The position numbers were made by a program, and so were the translations under genes. Positions 22,067 through 31,365 of a stretch of DNA of 47,394 bases are shown piece by piece. The DNA lies in IMG/VR virus record IMGVR_UViG_3300006149_000353; one strand, 5' to 3'. The stretch's first letter is position 1. Every line of letters starts with the position of its first letter. The notes beneath the pieces are model-generated. The model did no database searches, was not told where the DNA came from, and was given only the letters and a program-made list of their open reading frames with translations. This DNA comes from a virus.

Positions 22067-22681
22067 TCAGCTTCCGACTTCGGATTCGGGATCATCGAAG
22101 AAGATGATCTTGCACGGCGCGTACTCCTGATCCTCCAGGCTGGCCTGGTGGGCCACAAACTCAAAGGGGAGCGTACCCTCGCCCTTGTCGGTAAAGGTAA
22201 AGTTCGCGCCAGTGGTGCTCAGTGCGTTGTAAATCTCAATCAGCACAAAGCCCTTGGAGGTATCGCCCACCCAGCAAAGAGTGGGGATATAGTCCTCCTC
22301 CTGGATGGCCGTTCGGATGCGGACAGTGGTCAGATTGCCCGTTTTGGTAATGTCCGCCGTCGCCAAAGCGTCCTTGAAGTTCTCCGGGGTAATTTCCAGC
22401 AAGGTTCCGGTCATCCGAACGTCCCAGCTGTCAATCATGGTCGATCCGACAAACTGGTAACGCATGCCGTCAGCGTCAATGCTGCGGGTTTCCGGTGTGC
22501 ACTGAAACGTGCCGCCGCCTCGCGTCGCACCCAAGGTGCCTGTGCGATTCTTGATGGCGGCGGAAATCATCGTTCGCAATGTATCGGCGCTTGTGGCCGT
22601 GTCGTAAACAAAGTCCTTCAGGAACACGCCAGCGTTGAGCTGCAAATTTTCAAAGGTCGTCGGGGTCAAGCCCGTTGTCAT
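22067..22681 (-). CDS. Major tail protein
   Basis: 204 aa, AAGGAGG SD, upstream of the chaperone and tape measure genes. Beta-rich sequence ending in an acidic tail. Confidence 0.8.
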   Translation of the reverse strand: MTTGLTPTTFENLQLNAGVFLKDFVYDTATSADTLRTMISAAIKNRTGTLGATRGGGTFQCTPETRSIDADGMRYQFVGSTMIDSWDVRMTGTLLEITPENFKDALATADITKTGNLTTVRIRTAIQEEDYIPTLCWVGDTSKGFVLIEIYNALSTTGANFTFTDKGEGTLPFEFVAHQASLEDQEYAPCKIIFFDDPESEVGS

Positions 22682-22695
22682 GTCTGTTATCCTCC

Positions 22696-23085
22696 TTATG
22701 TCGTGTAGTATCGCACCTCGTAGCTGGTGCGACCGCCCCGGACGGTCTCGTCCTCCGGGTCGTCATAATAGCTCTGGAACTGCGCGCTGTTCCGCTGGAT
22801 GACAAGGAACCCGCCGCCATTGAGGGGAAGCCTTCGGCCTTCCGGCGGAATGGCTTCGGCTATGGCATCCATCAAGGCTGATCGTTCCGTGTTGATGGAT
22901 ACACCAGGACGCTCCTTGTGCCAATTGATTGCTGTCAGAGGGAGCGAAGTCAGGACGTCACCCTGTATAACCTCAAAGGTGATATAAGGAAATGCCTGCC
23001 CCTGCGGAACGATATCCAAAAAGGCCGGGACACCGAAACCCGACCAAAAGGAAAAAAGTGCCTCATTGACGCTTTTCAAGGTCAA
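22696..23085 (-). CDS. Tail completion / tail terminator-like protein (positional)
   Basis: 129 aa. TTG start after GGAGGTGA. Sits between the head-tail adaptor genes and the major tail protein. Confidence 0.6.
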   Translation of the reverse strand: MTLKSVNEALFSFWSGFGVPAFLDIVPQGQAFPYITFEVIQGDVLTSLPLTAINWHKERPGVSINTERSALMDAIAEAIPPEGRRLPLNGGGFLVIQRNSAQFQSYYDDPEDETVRGGRTSYEVRYYTT

Positions 23086-23416
23086 TCACCTCCGCCGTTA
23101 CGTCTCGATATTGCATCTGAGCCACATCCGGGGTTGTGTTATCCACAGCGTCAGAGGTGACCTTATAGATTCGGTTATCCTTTAAGCGTTTGACGAGATC
23201 ACGGTATTCCAGCTCAACACGGAGCGTCGTCGTAATGGTGTAGATCGTCTTCGTCCCGGCCTGATAGGCAATCTTTGCCTCGTTGGTGCTTATGGTTGAT
23301 ATGCCGGCGCGAAAAGGCGCGCCCTCACGCAATTCATGTATGACGCCACCCAATCCATCAGGTACAGAAACGTCATCCATGAAAATGAAGTCCTCAAAAA
23401 AGTCCTCCAACGCCAT
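23063..23416 (-). CDS. Head-tail joining protein (positional)
   Basis: Start MALEDFFEDF overlaps the upstream stop by one base (TGATG). 117 aa. Confidence 0.6.
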   Translation of the reverse strand: MALEDFFEDFIFMDDVSVPDGLGGVIHELREGAPFRAGISTISTNEAKIAYQAGTKTIYTITTTLRVELEYRDLVKRLKDNRIYKVTSDAVDNTTPDVAQMQYRDVTAEVIDLEKRQ

Positions 23417-23850
23417 CAGCAGCGCACCTCCGTCCACATGCGCCGGTAGGGCAAGAGCGTGGCAGAAAAGGCCTCCTGCCATCCTGCCGGTCCCCCGTTC
23501 CGCCCACCGGCGCGGGTATAGCTGTAATTGCCGAAGTTCTCGGAAAGATAAGCCCCGGCGGGATTCTTGCCATCATAGGCGGAAGCGGCCACGCATACAT
23601 CAATGAAATCCTTTGGCGGGTACAGGCCCCAGACAATGCCTGTAAAGGCTTCGTCCTGGCCTATCCAACCATCAAGCTTTCCTTCCGTTACCGCGTATAC
23701 GCCATCCGCCTTGCTTCCGTAAATGGCCACATAGGGCGACCGAACAGCGGGCGTCAGCGCACCGTCCAGGATGGCAAATTCGCCCGCCAAGCGCTCACGC
23801 TCGAAAAAGTTATGCACATGCCGCATCACATCGGCTACGCTGACCGCCAT
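23416..23850 (-). CDS. Head-tail connector protein (positional)
   Basis: 144 aa. AAGGAGGG SD. Immediately downstream of the major capsid gene. Confidence 0.6.
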   Translation of the reverse strand: MAVSVADVMRHVHNFFERERLAGEFAILDGALTPAVRSPYVAIYGSKADGVYAVTEGKLDGWIGQDEAFTGIVWGLYPPKDFIDVCVAASAYDGKNPAGAYLSENFGNYSYTRAGGRNGGPAGWQEAFSATLLPYRRMWTEVRC

Positions 23851-23862
23851 GCTGTTCCCTCC

Positions 23863-24963
23863 TTACTTGGACGCCTTGGCGGCCGCGGGCTGAGCCTCCG
23901 ACGCGGTCTTTGTGGCCGTGGCGATCCACAACGAGGACGGGTTGTACAGCACGGGAATGAACAGGCCGCTGGCCTTCGTCCACAGCACGGCGGGATCCTT
24001 TTCCATCCACTGCGTGATATACACATACGGACTGACGGTGCTTGCCGTTGCGCCAAGCCTGCCCGTATCCGCTTCGGGCGGATCGCCCCACAGGCCGATG
24101 CCCAGACGGCCGGAGGGATTCGCGGCGAAGAAGGTGATCTTATCGGCTGGGTAATACCGCTTTTGGGTGATGGCGGGACGGCCATTGCTGCCAATAACAG
24201 CGGACGCGCCATAGGTCAGGTCGTTGACCACAACGCGGCCGATGCCGTATTCTTCCTGCAGGAAGTTTTCCAGCGCGGTGTTTCGGATCATGGCCCCTGC
24301 GCCCATGTTGCCGTTGATGGCCTTCTGCATGGCCGCGTTGCGCTTGATCTTGCTCACGTTCTGGCCGGATGTCATGATGCCGGAAATGGTCACACCGGCG
24401 GCCTTCGCCTTGTCAATCACATCCTGAATCTGGCCCGGAATATCCGCGTTTTCCGACAGGTCGATTTCAAGCCCCATCTGCGCGGCCGACACGCCATAGT
24501 CGATGGTGGTGTCAAGGTTGTTCTCTCCGATGGTCACCTTGCCGGTGGCCATCAGCTCATTCTTGGCCACCTTGGAGCGGGTAAAGACCTGCTCGGCCAG
24601 CCGCACACCGTCCCGGATGACGTAATCATAAAGCTGCGTGTTCTGCACGCCGCTGCGGATGAGCGCACGAAGCCGCTCACTTTGATTGATCTTGGTCTTA
24701 ATCAGACCCTTTTCGATGTTGTGCGTGTCAATCGGGATTCGGAAAGTCGTCTGGGCCTCAGTATCAAAGGCGTGGAACTGCGCCATCACCGGAATCTGGT
24801 ACTCGGAGGCAATGCTCTCCCAGTATGCCACCAGGTTGTCGGTTCGCTCGTCGCCAAAAAGGCTGTCAATAGGGTCGTTGGGTCGGGTCACGTTGAAGCC
24901 GACATCCAGCCAATCCCGCTGGGGAATAAGGCCAAAGATGTTATTTTCAAAGCGTTCTGCCAT
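23863..24963 (-). CDS. Major capsid protein, lambda gpE-like family
   Basis: 366 aa. The C-terminus ...YITQWMEKDPAVLWTKASGLFIPVLYNPSSLWIATA resembles the gpE C-terminal pattern. Preceded by a gpD-like decoration gene and a scaffold gene. Confidence 0.85.
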   Translation of the reverse strand: MAERFENNIFGLIPQRDWLDVGFNVTRPNDPIDSLFGDERTDNLVAYWESIASEYQIPVMAQFHAFDTEAQTTFRIPIDTHNIEKGLIKTKINQSERLRALIRSGVQNTQLYDYVIRDGVRLAEQVFTRSKVAKNELMATGKVTIGENNLDTTIDYGVSAAQMGLEIDLSENADIPGQIQDVIDKAKAAGVTISGIMTSGQNVSKIKRNAAMQKAINGNMGAGAMIRNTALENFLQEEYGIGRVVVNDLTYGASAVIGSNGRPAITQKRYYPADKITFFAANPSGRLGIGLWGDPPEADTGRLGATASTVSPYVYITQWMEKDPAVLWTKASGLFIPVLYNPSSLWIATATKTASEAQPAAAKASK

Positions 24964-24980
24964 GGTGTATATCTCCTCTC

Positions 24981-25346
24981 TTAATAGGGTCGGTTGACGG
25001 AAGGCGCCTTGGCGATAAAGCGGAAGCCCTTGCCGGTCAGCGCCGTCTTGGCGGCGGCGTCGATGGTCACGGGCAGACGATCCTCATAGATCGCGCCGAA
25101 GGTCACGACGGAGCCGGGCATATCGCCGGTGGTAACGTCCACGTCCTCGTAGACGATGCCCTCCGCCGTTGCGTCATTGGCGGGCCAGACCGTGCCCATG
25201 GGGATGTACTTGCCGCCGTTTTCCGCCGTGGTCGCGCCCGACTGGGCCATCTGCCGGGTCTTGCGCTCCACGTTCTCGTTGTCGGCCAGGAACCAGCCGG
25301 GGGCATACACGCGGCTCTTGCTGGCGTTGTTATCGATGAAAGACAT
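24981..25346 (-). CDS. Head decoration protein (gpD-like position)
   Basis: 121 aa, between the scaffold and major capsid genes. AAAGGAGAA SD. Confidence 0.6.
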   Translation of the reverse strand: MSFIDNNASKSRVYAPGWFLADNENVERKTRQMAQSGATTAENGGKYIPMGTVWPANDATAEGIVYEDVDVTTGDMPGSVVTFGAIYEDRLPVTIDAAAKTALTGKGFRFIAKAPSVNRPY

Positions 25347-25364
25347 GCTTTTTTCTCCTTTCAG

Positions 25365-25940
25365 TTACTCGGTTTTCCCGTAAAGGCTTTCATGGTAGGC
25401 CTTTGCGATCCTTGCCGCAGCGCTGCTCCCGCCGCCCTCGCCGCCGGTTGGCGGGTCGGCGGGCGGCGTACCGCCGGTGGTAACCTTGCCCACAAAGTCG
25501 GCATAGTCCGTCTGGATTTGCTTGACCAATGCGGCCTCGTCCTTCACGCCGCCCTCGTTGTCCAGATCCAGGCCGTCCAGGTTCCATCCCTTGCGCAGCT
25601 GTGCGCGGAAGGCTTCCCGCTCCACGCCAGCCTTTTTCAGCACGGCGTCCAGCGCCGCGCCCTTGCTGGCGGTGAGCTTTTCGCCCTCCACCTTCTTTTT
25701 GTAGGCGTCGAAATCGGCCTGTACCTTGGCCGCGTCGCCACTGGTCTTCTGTAAGGCCTCATAGTCCTGCTTGTACTTGTCGCGTTCCTTCGCGATTGCA
25801 TCCAGGCCATTCGCGGCCTGCTTTGCCTGCTCGATCTCATCCTTCAGGGCCGTCACGGTGTCGCCGTGGGCCGTGATGATCTCGTCGATCTTGTCCTCGT
25901 CAATACCGAGGGCCTTCAAAAATTTGCGGGTAAGTGCCAC
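25365..25940 (-). CDS. Capsid scaffolding protein
   Basis: 191 aa, highly helical and charged (KDEIEQAKQAANGLDAIAKERDKYKQDYEALQK...). GTG start after AAGGAGA. Confidence 0.75.
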   Translation of the reverse strand: MALTRKFLKALGIDEDKIDEIITAHGDTVTALKDEIEQAKQAANGLDAIAKERDKYKQDYEALQKTSGDAAKVQADFDAYKKKVEGEKLTASKGAALDAVLKKAGVEREAFRAQLRKGWNLDGLDLDNEGGVKDEAALVKQIQTDYADFVGKVTTGGTPPADPPTGGEGGGSSAAARIAKAYHESLYGKTE

Positions 25941-25994
25941 AATGCCATCTCCTTTTCTTTGTGCCGACTGCTTCTGGCGCGATGGTTCGTATAC

Positions 25995-26025
25995 AAAAAC
26001 AGCCAGGCGTTTCTTTGCCTGGCTG
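25995..26025 (-). terminator. Rho-independent terminator
   Basis: Minus strand: CAGCCAGGC-AAAGAAAC-GCCTGGCTG followed by TTTTT. Confidence 0.65.
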
Positions 26026-26046
26026 TGATTGCCAATGTCGTGTAGT

Positions 26047-26433
26047 TTACTTCATGTTTTTTGCGATCACAGAACTCATTATTTTCTCGATTTTTTCCTG
26101 ACTGTCCATCACGGCGTCCGTAATGAAGCGCCTCCCCTTCAGTTTGCTTGTTCCGTCGTGTACATACACAGCATATGGTGTATCCGCCCCAATTTCCAGG
26201 CTATATGTATTCTGCGATGAACGACGGAAGTTCACGTCAATGCTGTCAAAGAGACGTCCTGTATCTACGATTTCAGTATGCGTCGGGTTGCCATGAGCGT
26301 CATTATATCCATACATGATTTTCTCTTGTACAGCCTCAATCAACATTTCTGCGGTGCTTTTTATTGCCGCTTCACTTGCTTCCCCTACCTTGCGCAGAAC
26401 AACATCCGAGTGGTCAACAAATTTGACCGCCAT
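26047..26433 (-). CDS. HK97 gp10-family phage protein
   Basis: 128 aa. VDTGRLFDSI...YAVYVHDGTSKLKGRRFITDA resembles the gp10-family motif (DTG.L..S......YA..VE.G). Lower GC than its neighbours. Confidence 0.6.
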   Translation of the reverse strand: MAVKFVDHSDVVLRKVGEASEAAIKSTAEMLIEAVQEKIMYGYNDAHGNPTHTEIVDTGRLFDSIDVNFRRSSQNTYSLEIGADTPYAVYVHDGTSKLKGRRFITDAVMDSQEKIEKIMSSVIAKNMK

Positions 26434-26963
26434 TATTCGTTTCTCCTTACGCGACGTATGTAGCAGTGGCAGTTGATGGTCTCCTTCGGTTGGGCTTCCG
26501 GGTCACCTGGATAGTGCAATCCCGGAAGAAACTCGTCACCAATCTCGCGCACCTGGCCTGAGAGCGCAATGTGACTTGACCGAGGTTCTACGGCTGCGTC
26601 GGTGTGAATCCACTGGACTTTAGGCTTCTCTGGACGCATCTTGTGGTTTTTTCTGGCTGTGTTATACTTGTCAAGATACTCTCTGATGATATCACCGTAA
26701 CGTCCGCCATTGGCTGCCCTGGTTTTCTCTGTCTGGGCAATCCTTGCCGCCCTGGAAGCAGACATGGTGGTGACCTTTTGTATCCTCCCTATCAGCCCGC
26801 TGAATCCCTCCTTGGCTCGCAGGCTTTTGGAAAACTCGGTCTGCAGCTGTGTTCGGATCGCGTCTTCGTTGGCCAGGCTGTCAAGAGATACCCTGAGCAG
26901 GGGAGGCTCGCCCTTGGCGATCTGTTCAAGGCGCTCAAGCCTCGCCGCCGTCATTCTGCTCAT
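26433..26963 (-). CDS. Minor head protein, Mu F / SPP1 gp7-like C-terminal domain
   Basis: Start MSRMTAARLE after GGGAGGAGG. ARIAQTEKTRAANGG ... SSHIALSGQV ... FLPGLHYPGDP ... INCHCY matches head-morphogenesis domain motifs. Confidence 0.7.
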   Translation of the reverse strand: MSRMTAARLERLEQIAKGEPPLLRVSLDSLANEDAIRTQLQTEFSKSLRAKEGFSGLIGRIQKVTTMSASRAARIAQTEKTRAANGGRYGDIIREYLDKYNTARKNHKMRPEKPKVQWIHTDAAVEPRSSHIALSGQVREIGDEFLPGLHYPGDPEAQPKETINCHCYIRRVRRNE

Positions 26964-27255
26964 GGCTCGCCTCCTCCCGGATATCACGGACGCCGCTGCG
27001 TATGATAATTGCAGCCTGCCGTCCTGCCAGAGCCAGAGCCTCCGATGCGTCATCCAAAAGCCCGGATGTCCGGAGCAGCGTACGGATTCTCGCGTCGTTC
27101 CCACGCTCGGCCATGGCGCGCAGCTTATCCAGCGTCCTCTTATGCTTGTCCAGGACCGGAAGCATTGCGTTACCATACAGTGCACCAAGCTGTCGTATCA
27201 TCAGCCGTTCAATTTCCTCTGCTTGTGTTATCAGCCGGTCATCCATCGCCGCCAC
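26935..27255 (-). CDS. N-terminal segment of the Mu F / SPP1 gp7-like head morphogenesis protein (separate frame)
   Basis: 106-aa ORF directly after portal. It overlaps the C-terminal-domain ORF by 29 nt in a different frame. The probable start is MDDRL at 27246. Confidence 0.55.
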   Translation of the reverse strand: MAAMDDRLITQAEEIERLMIRQLGALYGNAMLPVLDKHKRTLDKLRAMAERGNDARIRTLLRTSGLLDDASEALALAGRQAAIIIRSGVRDIREEASHEQNDGGEA

Positions 27256-28672
27256 GCACCTTTTCCATAGCTGACGTCAGCTTATTAAGTCCTGGCATCC
27301 CACTTACCTGCTCGGCCGCCTTGTTGTCAAGGATACGCGGGATGTCCTCCTGCGCGATGTAGGGGTTGAGCTTCAGCGCCGTCTCGTTATCGATGTAGTC
27401 CAGCATAACGGCGATATCCTGGACGATATCCGACTTGTTGGCGATGGCCTGCCGCTGGAAGCTGATTTTCTCGGTATCGATCCCGATCAGCGCAAGTACC
27501 TGTTGCACAAAGCGGAAGGCCTGCCACTCATAGCGGTCGGCCTTGAGGTTCAGGTTGGTCATAGCCGTCTCGATGGCCACGTTTGTCAGGCTGCCGCCTG
27601 TCAGCTCGTCCATGGAGAGTGCCATATAGTCCTGATACAGCGCCTTTTCCAGCAGCTGCAAGGCGGTTTGCCGAGCAGCATAGGGCACCTCAAAGGTTCG
27701 AGGTTCCGCCGTCGAGCTGTTCCCTACGCCGTCGGAGATATTCACCACGGTTTTCAATCGCTCAATCTGCTGGACAATTTCCAGCACTTCGGTCGTGGTT
27801 CCGCCGAAATTGTTCAGCACCCAGTACACGTCATTCGCCCGGTCGAGGTTATCGCCAAAATCCGAGAAAATGCGGTCGTACAGGTCAATCTTGCTCTTGA
27901 TGGCCGGCGTGAACTCGCTCCGCTTGGTATCAGAGGCGTACAGCGGTACAACGGGCAGACTGCTGTAATTGTCGCCGCCAACGACAAAGCTGCCCGCCGC
28001 GTCGCTGACGGTGGTCAGGCGATAGGGCCGTTTGGGCACGGTCTCCGTCAGTGCGGCTCTGTCCAGCTTGTACTCCGTCAGCCCATCAGGCTCAAACAGG
28101 CGAGCATACATGGGTCGGTCTCTTTCCAGCTGCCAGAATTGGATGAGCACGCCAGGCTCACCGGTGCGCTCATCCAGCAGGGCAACGGCTCCGCTCCTTG
28201 CGTCCGTCTCCGCCGGGATGACCTCCAAATGATCGGCGTTCCAGTACCCCCAGCACACGCCATGCAGCAGCGCCTTTTCGCCGATCTGCTGCAGCGCCTT
28301 GTCAAAGCCGATGCCAAGCTGCTCCTTTTGGCCGGTGTCTTCTAGTGTCACTCCGTTGCCAAGCAGGTATTGGTTCTGCTGCGTCACGAACCGAAACAGG
28401 AAATTGGAAAAGACGCGGTTGCCTTGCACCTCGCGCTGTTGGAGGCTCTTGGTCACCCTTTCCCCGTTTTCGTCCTCTTCCGTTTTAGTTACGACGTCGG
28501 CCTTCAGGAGCACCTTCTTGGCGATGGCACGATTTTTGGCGTGGAAGTAATCGTCCGCCTCCAAGGCGTGCTTGAAGTCATCGGAGCCCTTGTATTGCTC
28601 AATCGCCGTGAGCATCAGCGCTTTTCGGTCAGTTGCAGCTAGCCAGTCCTGGTAGGTGATCTTTGTGTACAT
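27239..28672 (-). CDS. Portal protein (SPP1 gp6-like)
   Basis: 477 aa, directly downstream of the large terminase. GGAGGGAATAAGG SD. Confidence 0.85.
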   Translation of the reverse strand: MYTKITYQDWLAATDRKALMLTAIEQYKGSDDFKHALEADDYFHAKNRAIAKKVLLKADVVTKTEEDENGERVTKSLQQREVQGNRVFSNFLFRFVTQQNQYLLGNGVTLEDTGQKEQLGIGFDKALQQIGEKALLHGVCWGYWNADHLEVIPAETDARSGAVALLDERTGEPGVLIQFWQLERDRPMYARLFEPDGLTEYKLDRAALTETVPKRPYRLTTVSDAAGSFVVGGDNYSSLPVVPLYASDTKRSEFTPAIKSKIDLYDRIFSDFGDNLDRANDVYWVLNNFGGTTTEVLEIVQQIERLKTVVNISDGVGNSSTAEPRTFEVPYAARQTALQLLEKALYQDYMALSMDELTGGSLTNVAIETAMTNLNLKADRYEWQAFRFVQQVLALIGIDTEKISFQRQAIANKSDIVQDIAVMLDYIDNETALKLNPYIAQEDIPRILDNKAAEQVSGMPGLNKLTSAMEKVRGGDG

Positions 28673-28678
28673 ATCGCC

Positions 28679-29926
28679 TTATTCCCTCCTGTCCAGCGCC
28701 CGGCAAACGCACGCGGCGCTGTCCGGGGCGTCGTCATGATCCGCCATCTCGTTGTAGTCCTGGATTTGCTGGATATACGCCGCGTCCGTGCCCTCCACAA
28801 ACTGGATATGCCCCCACCATTTGCGCAGATAGCTGGCGATCTTGGTGTACTTGTTCTGCTTCTCCGGGTAGGGTCTTGTGCTCATGCGGCGGCGTCTCAG
28901 CTCCATGGCAAGATAGCCCTTGTCACCGTTGGTCTCGCAGTACACGGGGCCGCACATCAGCCGGTTGCAATCAGCCGTGATGGCGTCCAGCACAGTGTCC
29001 ACATGGGCACGCCACAGCTTGCCGTAAATGTAGATCGTTTCGTCCACGCGCCTACCGCAGGTCATGGCCGTGTAGTCGTCGCCGCCATAGGCCGCGTCGA
29101 TGTGGGCAATGCCGTCGCGAAGCCGCTGAGGCGGAGCACCCGTGACGGGCGGCGTGTCAAACAGCGCGTTTTCGGCGGCAATGTGCCGCAGCTCATAGTT
29201 GGCGGCAAAAAGCGACGGGGCCATGCTCCGCCGCAAGGTGTCCAGTTTGTCCGGGGTAATCAGCCCGGTGGTATAGCAGTCGTGCCGTTCCGGCGCTTTG
29301 ACCAGGGCAAATGCGTCATCAGGATGCCATGGGGTACCGATGGTAACGATGCGCCCCTCTCTGGTCACAATGTTGCGCAGCTCCTGGACGGCCCCGCGCG
29401 TCCGCTCCCGCTCCGCCTTGCTGATACGGTCTTGCACGTTGACAATATCATCCGTGATGATGAGGTCGGCGTGCTTGCCCGTCAAGCTCCCGCCGATGCC
29501 GAGTCCCACCAGCTGATCCGCGCCACGTGGCGAATCGTAAATGCTGGTTGTCAGCGCCAGCCCTGTGGACTTGACGAGCGTGACGGGCTTTTGCACCAAC
29601 ACGGAGGCCATATGCCGGAAAACCTCGTTATCAAACACCTTGGCGGCCTGGCTGATGCTCTCCTTGACGTCCGTGTCCGTTTTGCGCAGGAAGATCGCGT
29701 TTTGCCCGTGGTGGGTCACCAGCCATATGGCGATGGCTACCGACAGGCAGGAGCTCTTATAACTGAGCCGGTGGGCTTGCAAGGTATAGTCTCCGTCGCC
29801 ATAAATGATTTTGCGCATCCACTGGCCGTGGATATCGTCCGAAAGATCCCGAAATCCGCAAATACGCCCGATTTCTGCTGGGCGATAGCGGAAAAGCCGC
29901 CAGAATGCCTCCCTCTGCGCCGTCAT
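28679..29926 (-). CDS. terL: Terminase large subunit
   Basis: 415 aa. ATPase-like LQAHRLSYKSS and ADLIITDDIV (Walker B-like). C-terminal nuclease-like AHIDAAYGGDDYTAM. ATGA overlap with the small subunit. Confidence 0.85.
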   Translation of the reverse strand: MTAQREAFWRLFRYRPAEIGRICGFRDLSDDIHGQWMRKIIYGDGDYTLQAHRLSYKSSCLSVAIAIWLVTHHGQNAIFLRKTDTDVKESISQAAKVFDNEVFRHMASVLVQKPVTLVKSTGLALTTSIYDSPRGADQLVGLGIGGSLTGKHADLIITDDIVNVQDRISKAERERTRGAVQELRNIVTREGRIVTIGTPWHPDDAFALVKAPERHDCYTTGLITPDKLDTLRRSMAPSLFAANYELRHIAAENALFDTPPVTGAPPQRLRDGIAHIDAAYGGDDYTAMTCGRRVDETIYIYGKLWRAHVDTVLDAITADCNRLMCGPVYCETNGDKGYLAMELRRRRMSTRPYPEKQNKYTKIASYLRKWWGHIQFVEGTDAAYIQQIQDYNEMADHDDAPDSAACVCRALDRRE

Positions 29927-30396
29927 GGGATATGCTCCTTATCCTCCGCCATGATCCTGTCGATCTCCGCTATGGCCTCGCCGGACAAGTCAACGGTCGC
30001 CTCGACCTTTTCTGTATAGAGCCCATAGCGCTTGCCCAGCAGCTCGGCGGCGCGGCTGATGTCGCAGGCGTCCGGCGGAAGCTCGATGATCCTGTCAGCG
30101 ATGACGCTGTTGCCGTCATCATCCGTGTCCCTGGTTTTGACTACCCGATGGTTCCCGACCTGACCGCGGAGGATGGCCGTCAGGCGCTGGAGCACTTCGT
30201 CCGCCGTAGCGATGAGGGCTGCGTCTTTCTTGGCCATGAGGGCTTTCAAGCGCTCGGAAACCTTACGATTTGCCAATAAGGTTGATCCGGTAACATGCGC
30301 TCTGTGAGGGCTGTACCCCGCCCTGATGGCCGCTTGCGTTGCGTTCAGGTCAATCAGATATTCTTTGCAAAAGCGCTCCTGTTTGTCCGTGAGAAT
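29923..30396 (-). CDS. terS: Terminase small subunit, apparently initiated at ATT
   Basis: The frame upstream of the track start (TTG 30276) encodes ILTDKQERFCKEYLIDLNATQAAIRAGYSPHRAHVTGSTLLANRKV, the canonical small-terminase HTH. An in-frame TAG at 30412-30414 bounds it. The only start-like codon is ATT at 30396, 7 nt after GGAGGAGG. Confidence 0.6.
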   Translation of the reverse strand: MLTDKQERFCKEYLIDLNATQAAIRAGYSPHRAHVTGSTLLANRKVSERLKALMAKKDAALIATADEVLQRLTAILRGQVGNHRVVKTRDTDDDGNSVIADRIIELPPDACDISRAAELLGKRYGLYTEKVEATVDLSGEAIAEIDRIMAEDKEHIP

Positions 30397-30557
30397 GGTT
30401 TCACCTCCTCCCTATGCGGTATGATAAAAGGGTCGTATGCACGTCCAATCAATCCCACAAGCACCCTTTTGCTGTATTCTTCCATTCTCTTTCCATTTCC
30501 TGAATAGCTTTCTTGTAAGACGAACCGCTCGCGTTGTGTATACTTTGTGTTAACATG

Positions 30558-31337
30558 TCAACCAAGGGAACGCACAATCTCCATTTCCCGCTCGCTCAGC
30601 GCCCAGACGGTCGCGGCGGCTCTTTCTGCGGCGGCTCTCTCTGACAGCAACAAGCCACCCCCGTAAATAGTCTTACCGGCTCCGACCTGGCTATCAAGCC
30701 GACTGATAAAAGTGCATTCTTTTGCCAAAACGCGGAAGTCAACGCCATGACTCGCTATATAACCCATATCCGTCGCCGTCATTACATGCGACGGATATGT
30801 ATACGATGGCACTTTCTTCCTTGTCCTTTCCAGGTTCCGAGCATTTGCAACCTTCACCGCATCGTGGAGTGTCGGCGCCGTGCGTACCCGTGCGACGTCT
30901 AGATTGGTAACAAATGCTGTTTTGACCTTTGCACCGTTTTGGTAGGTAATGTCGCTTTCTGCCGGAATAACACAAACGTCGCCTGCATTGATAAGATTGA
31001 AGCATGTAAGATAGTTGCAAAAAAGGAAGAAACGGATGTTGTGCGCCAGGTAAAATCTGATGATTTTCGCGCAGATGGAAAAAGGCGGGTTATCCACCAC
31101 CACGCATCCTGCCGGGTAGTTAAACCGTTCATAGTCGGCTCCGGGCCAAAACGGACGAACAAACGAGCTTTTGCATACGCCGTATTCCTTAGCCACCCAA
31201 TCAGCCACAGCATCGTATACAATGTCGGGCGTATAGCAATCGTCCGTTGTCTTTTTGGGCTTGAATTTATCCACAAAGGCTTTGTATTCTTCGGTTTCTT
31301 GAGCCTCTACCATGCTGATCTGCCCCGGAAGTTCCAT
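30558..31337 (-). CDS. DNA adenine methyltransferase-like protein (DNPPF motif)
   Basis: Start MELPGQ after AAGGAGGAAAAGC. Contains DDCYTPDIVYDAVADWV and GCVVVDNPPFS (N6-MTase motif IV). Confidence 0.65.
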   Translation of the reverse strand: MELPGQISMVEAQETEEYKAFVDKFKPKKTTDDCYTPDIVYDAVADWVAKEYGVCKSSFVRPFWPGADYERFNYPAGCVVVDNPPFSICAKIIRFYLAHNIRFFLFCNYLTCFNLINAGDVCVIPAESDITYQNGAKVKTAFVTNLDVARVRTAPTLHDAVKVANARNLERTRKKVPSYTYPSHVMTATDMGYIASHGVDFRVLAKECTFISRLDSQVGAGKTIYGGGLLLSERAAAERAAATVWALSEREMEIVRSLG

Positions 31338-31365
31338 GCTTTTCCTCCTTGCTTTTTTAAGCATA

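Noticed and set aside
28736-30019. 427-aa plus-strand ORF opposite the large terminase. The same reasoning applies to 23812-24984, 18697-19896, 16206-17009, 36548-37495, 44660-45457 and 46169-47080.
   Set aside because: All are antisense to well-supported structural or replication genes. They lack ribosome-binding sites and have the Arg/Ala/Gly/His-rich composition typical of spurious ORFs in high-GC DNA.
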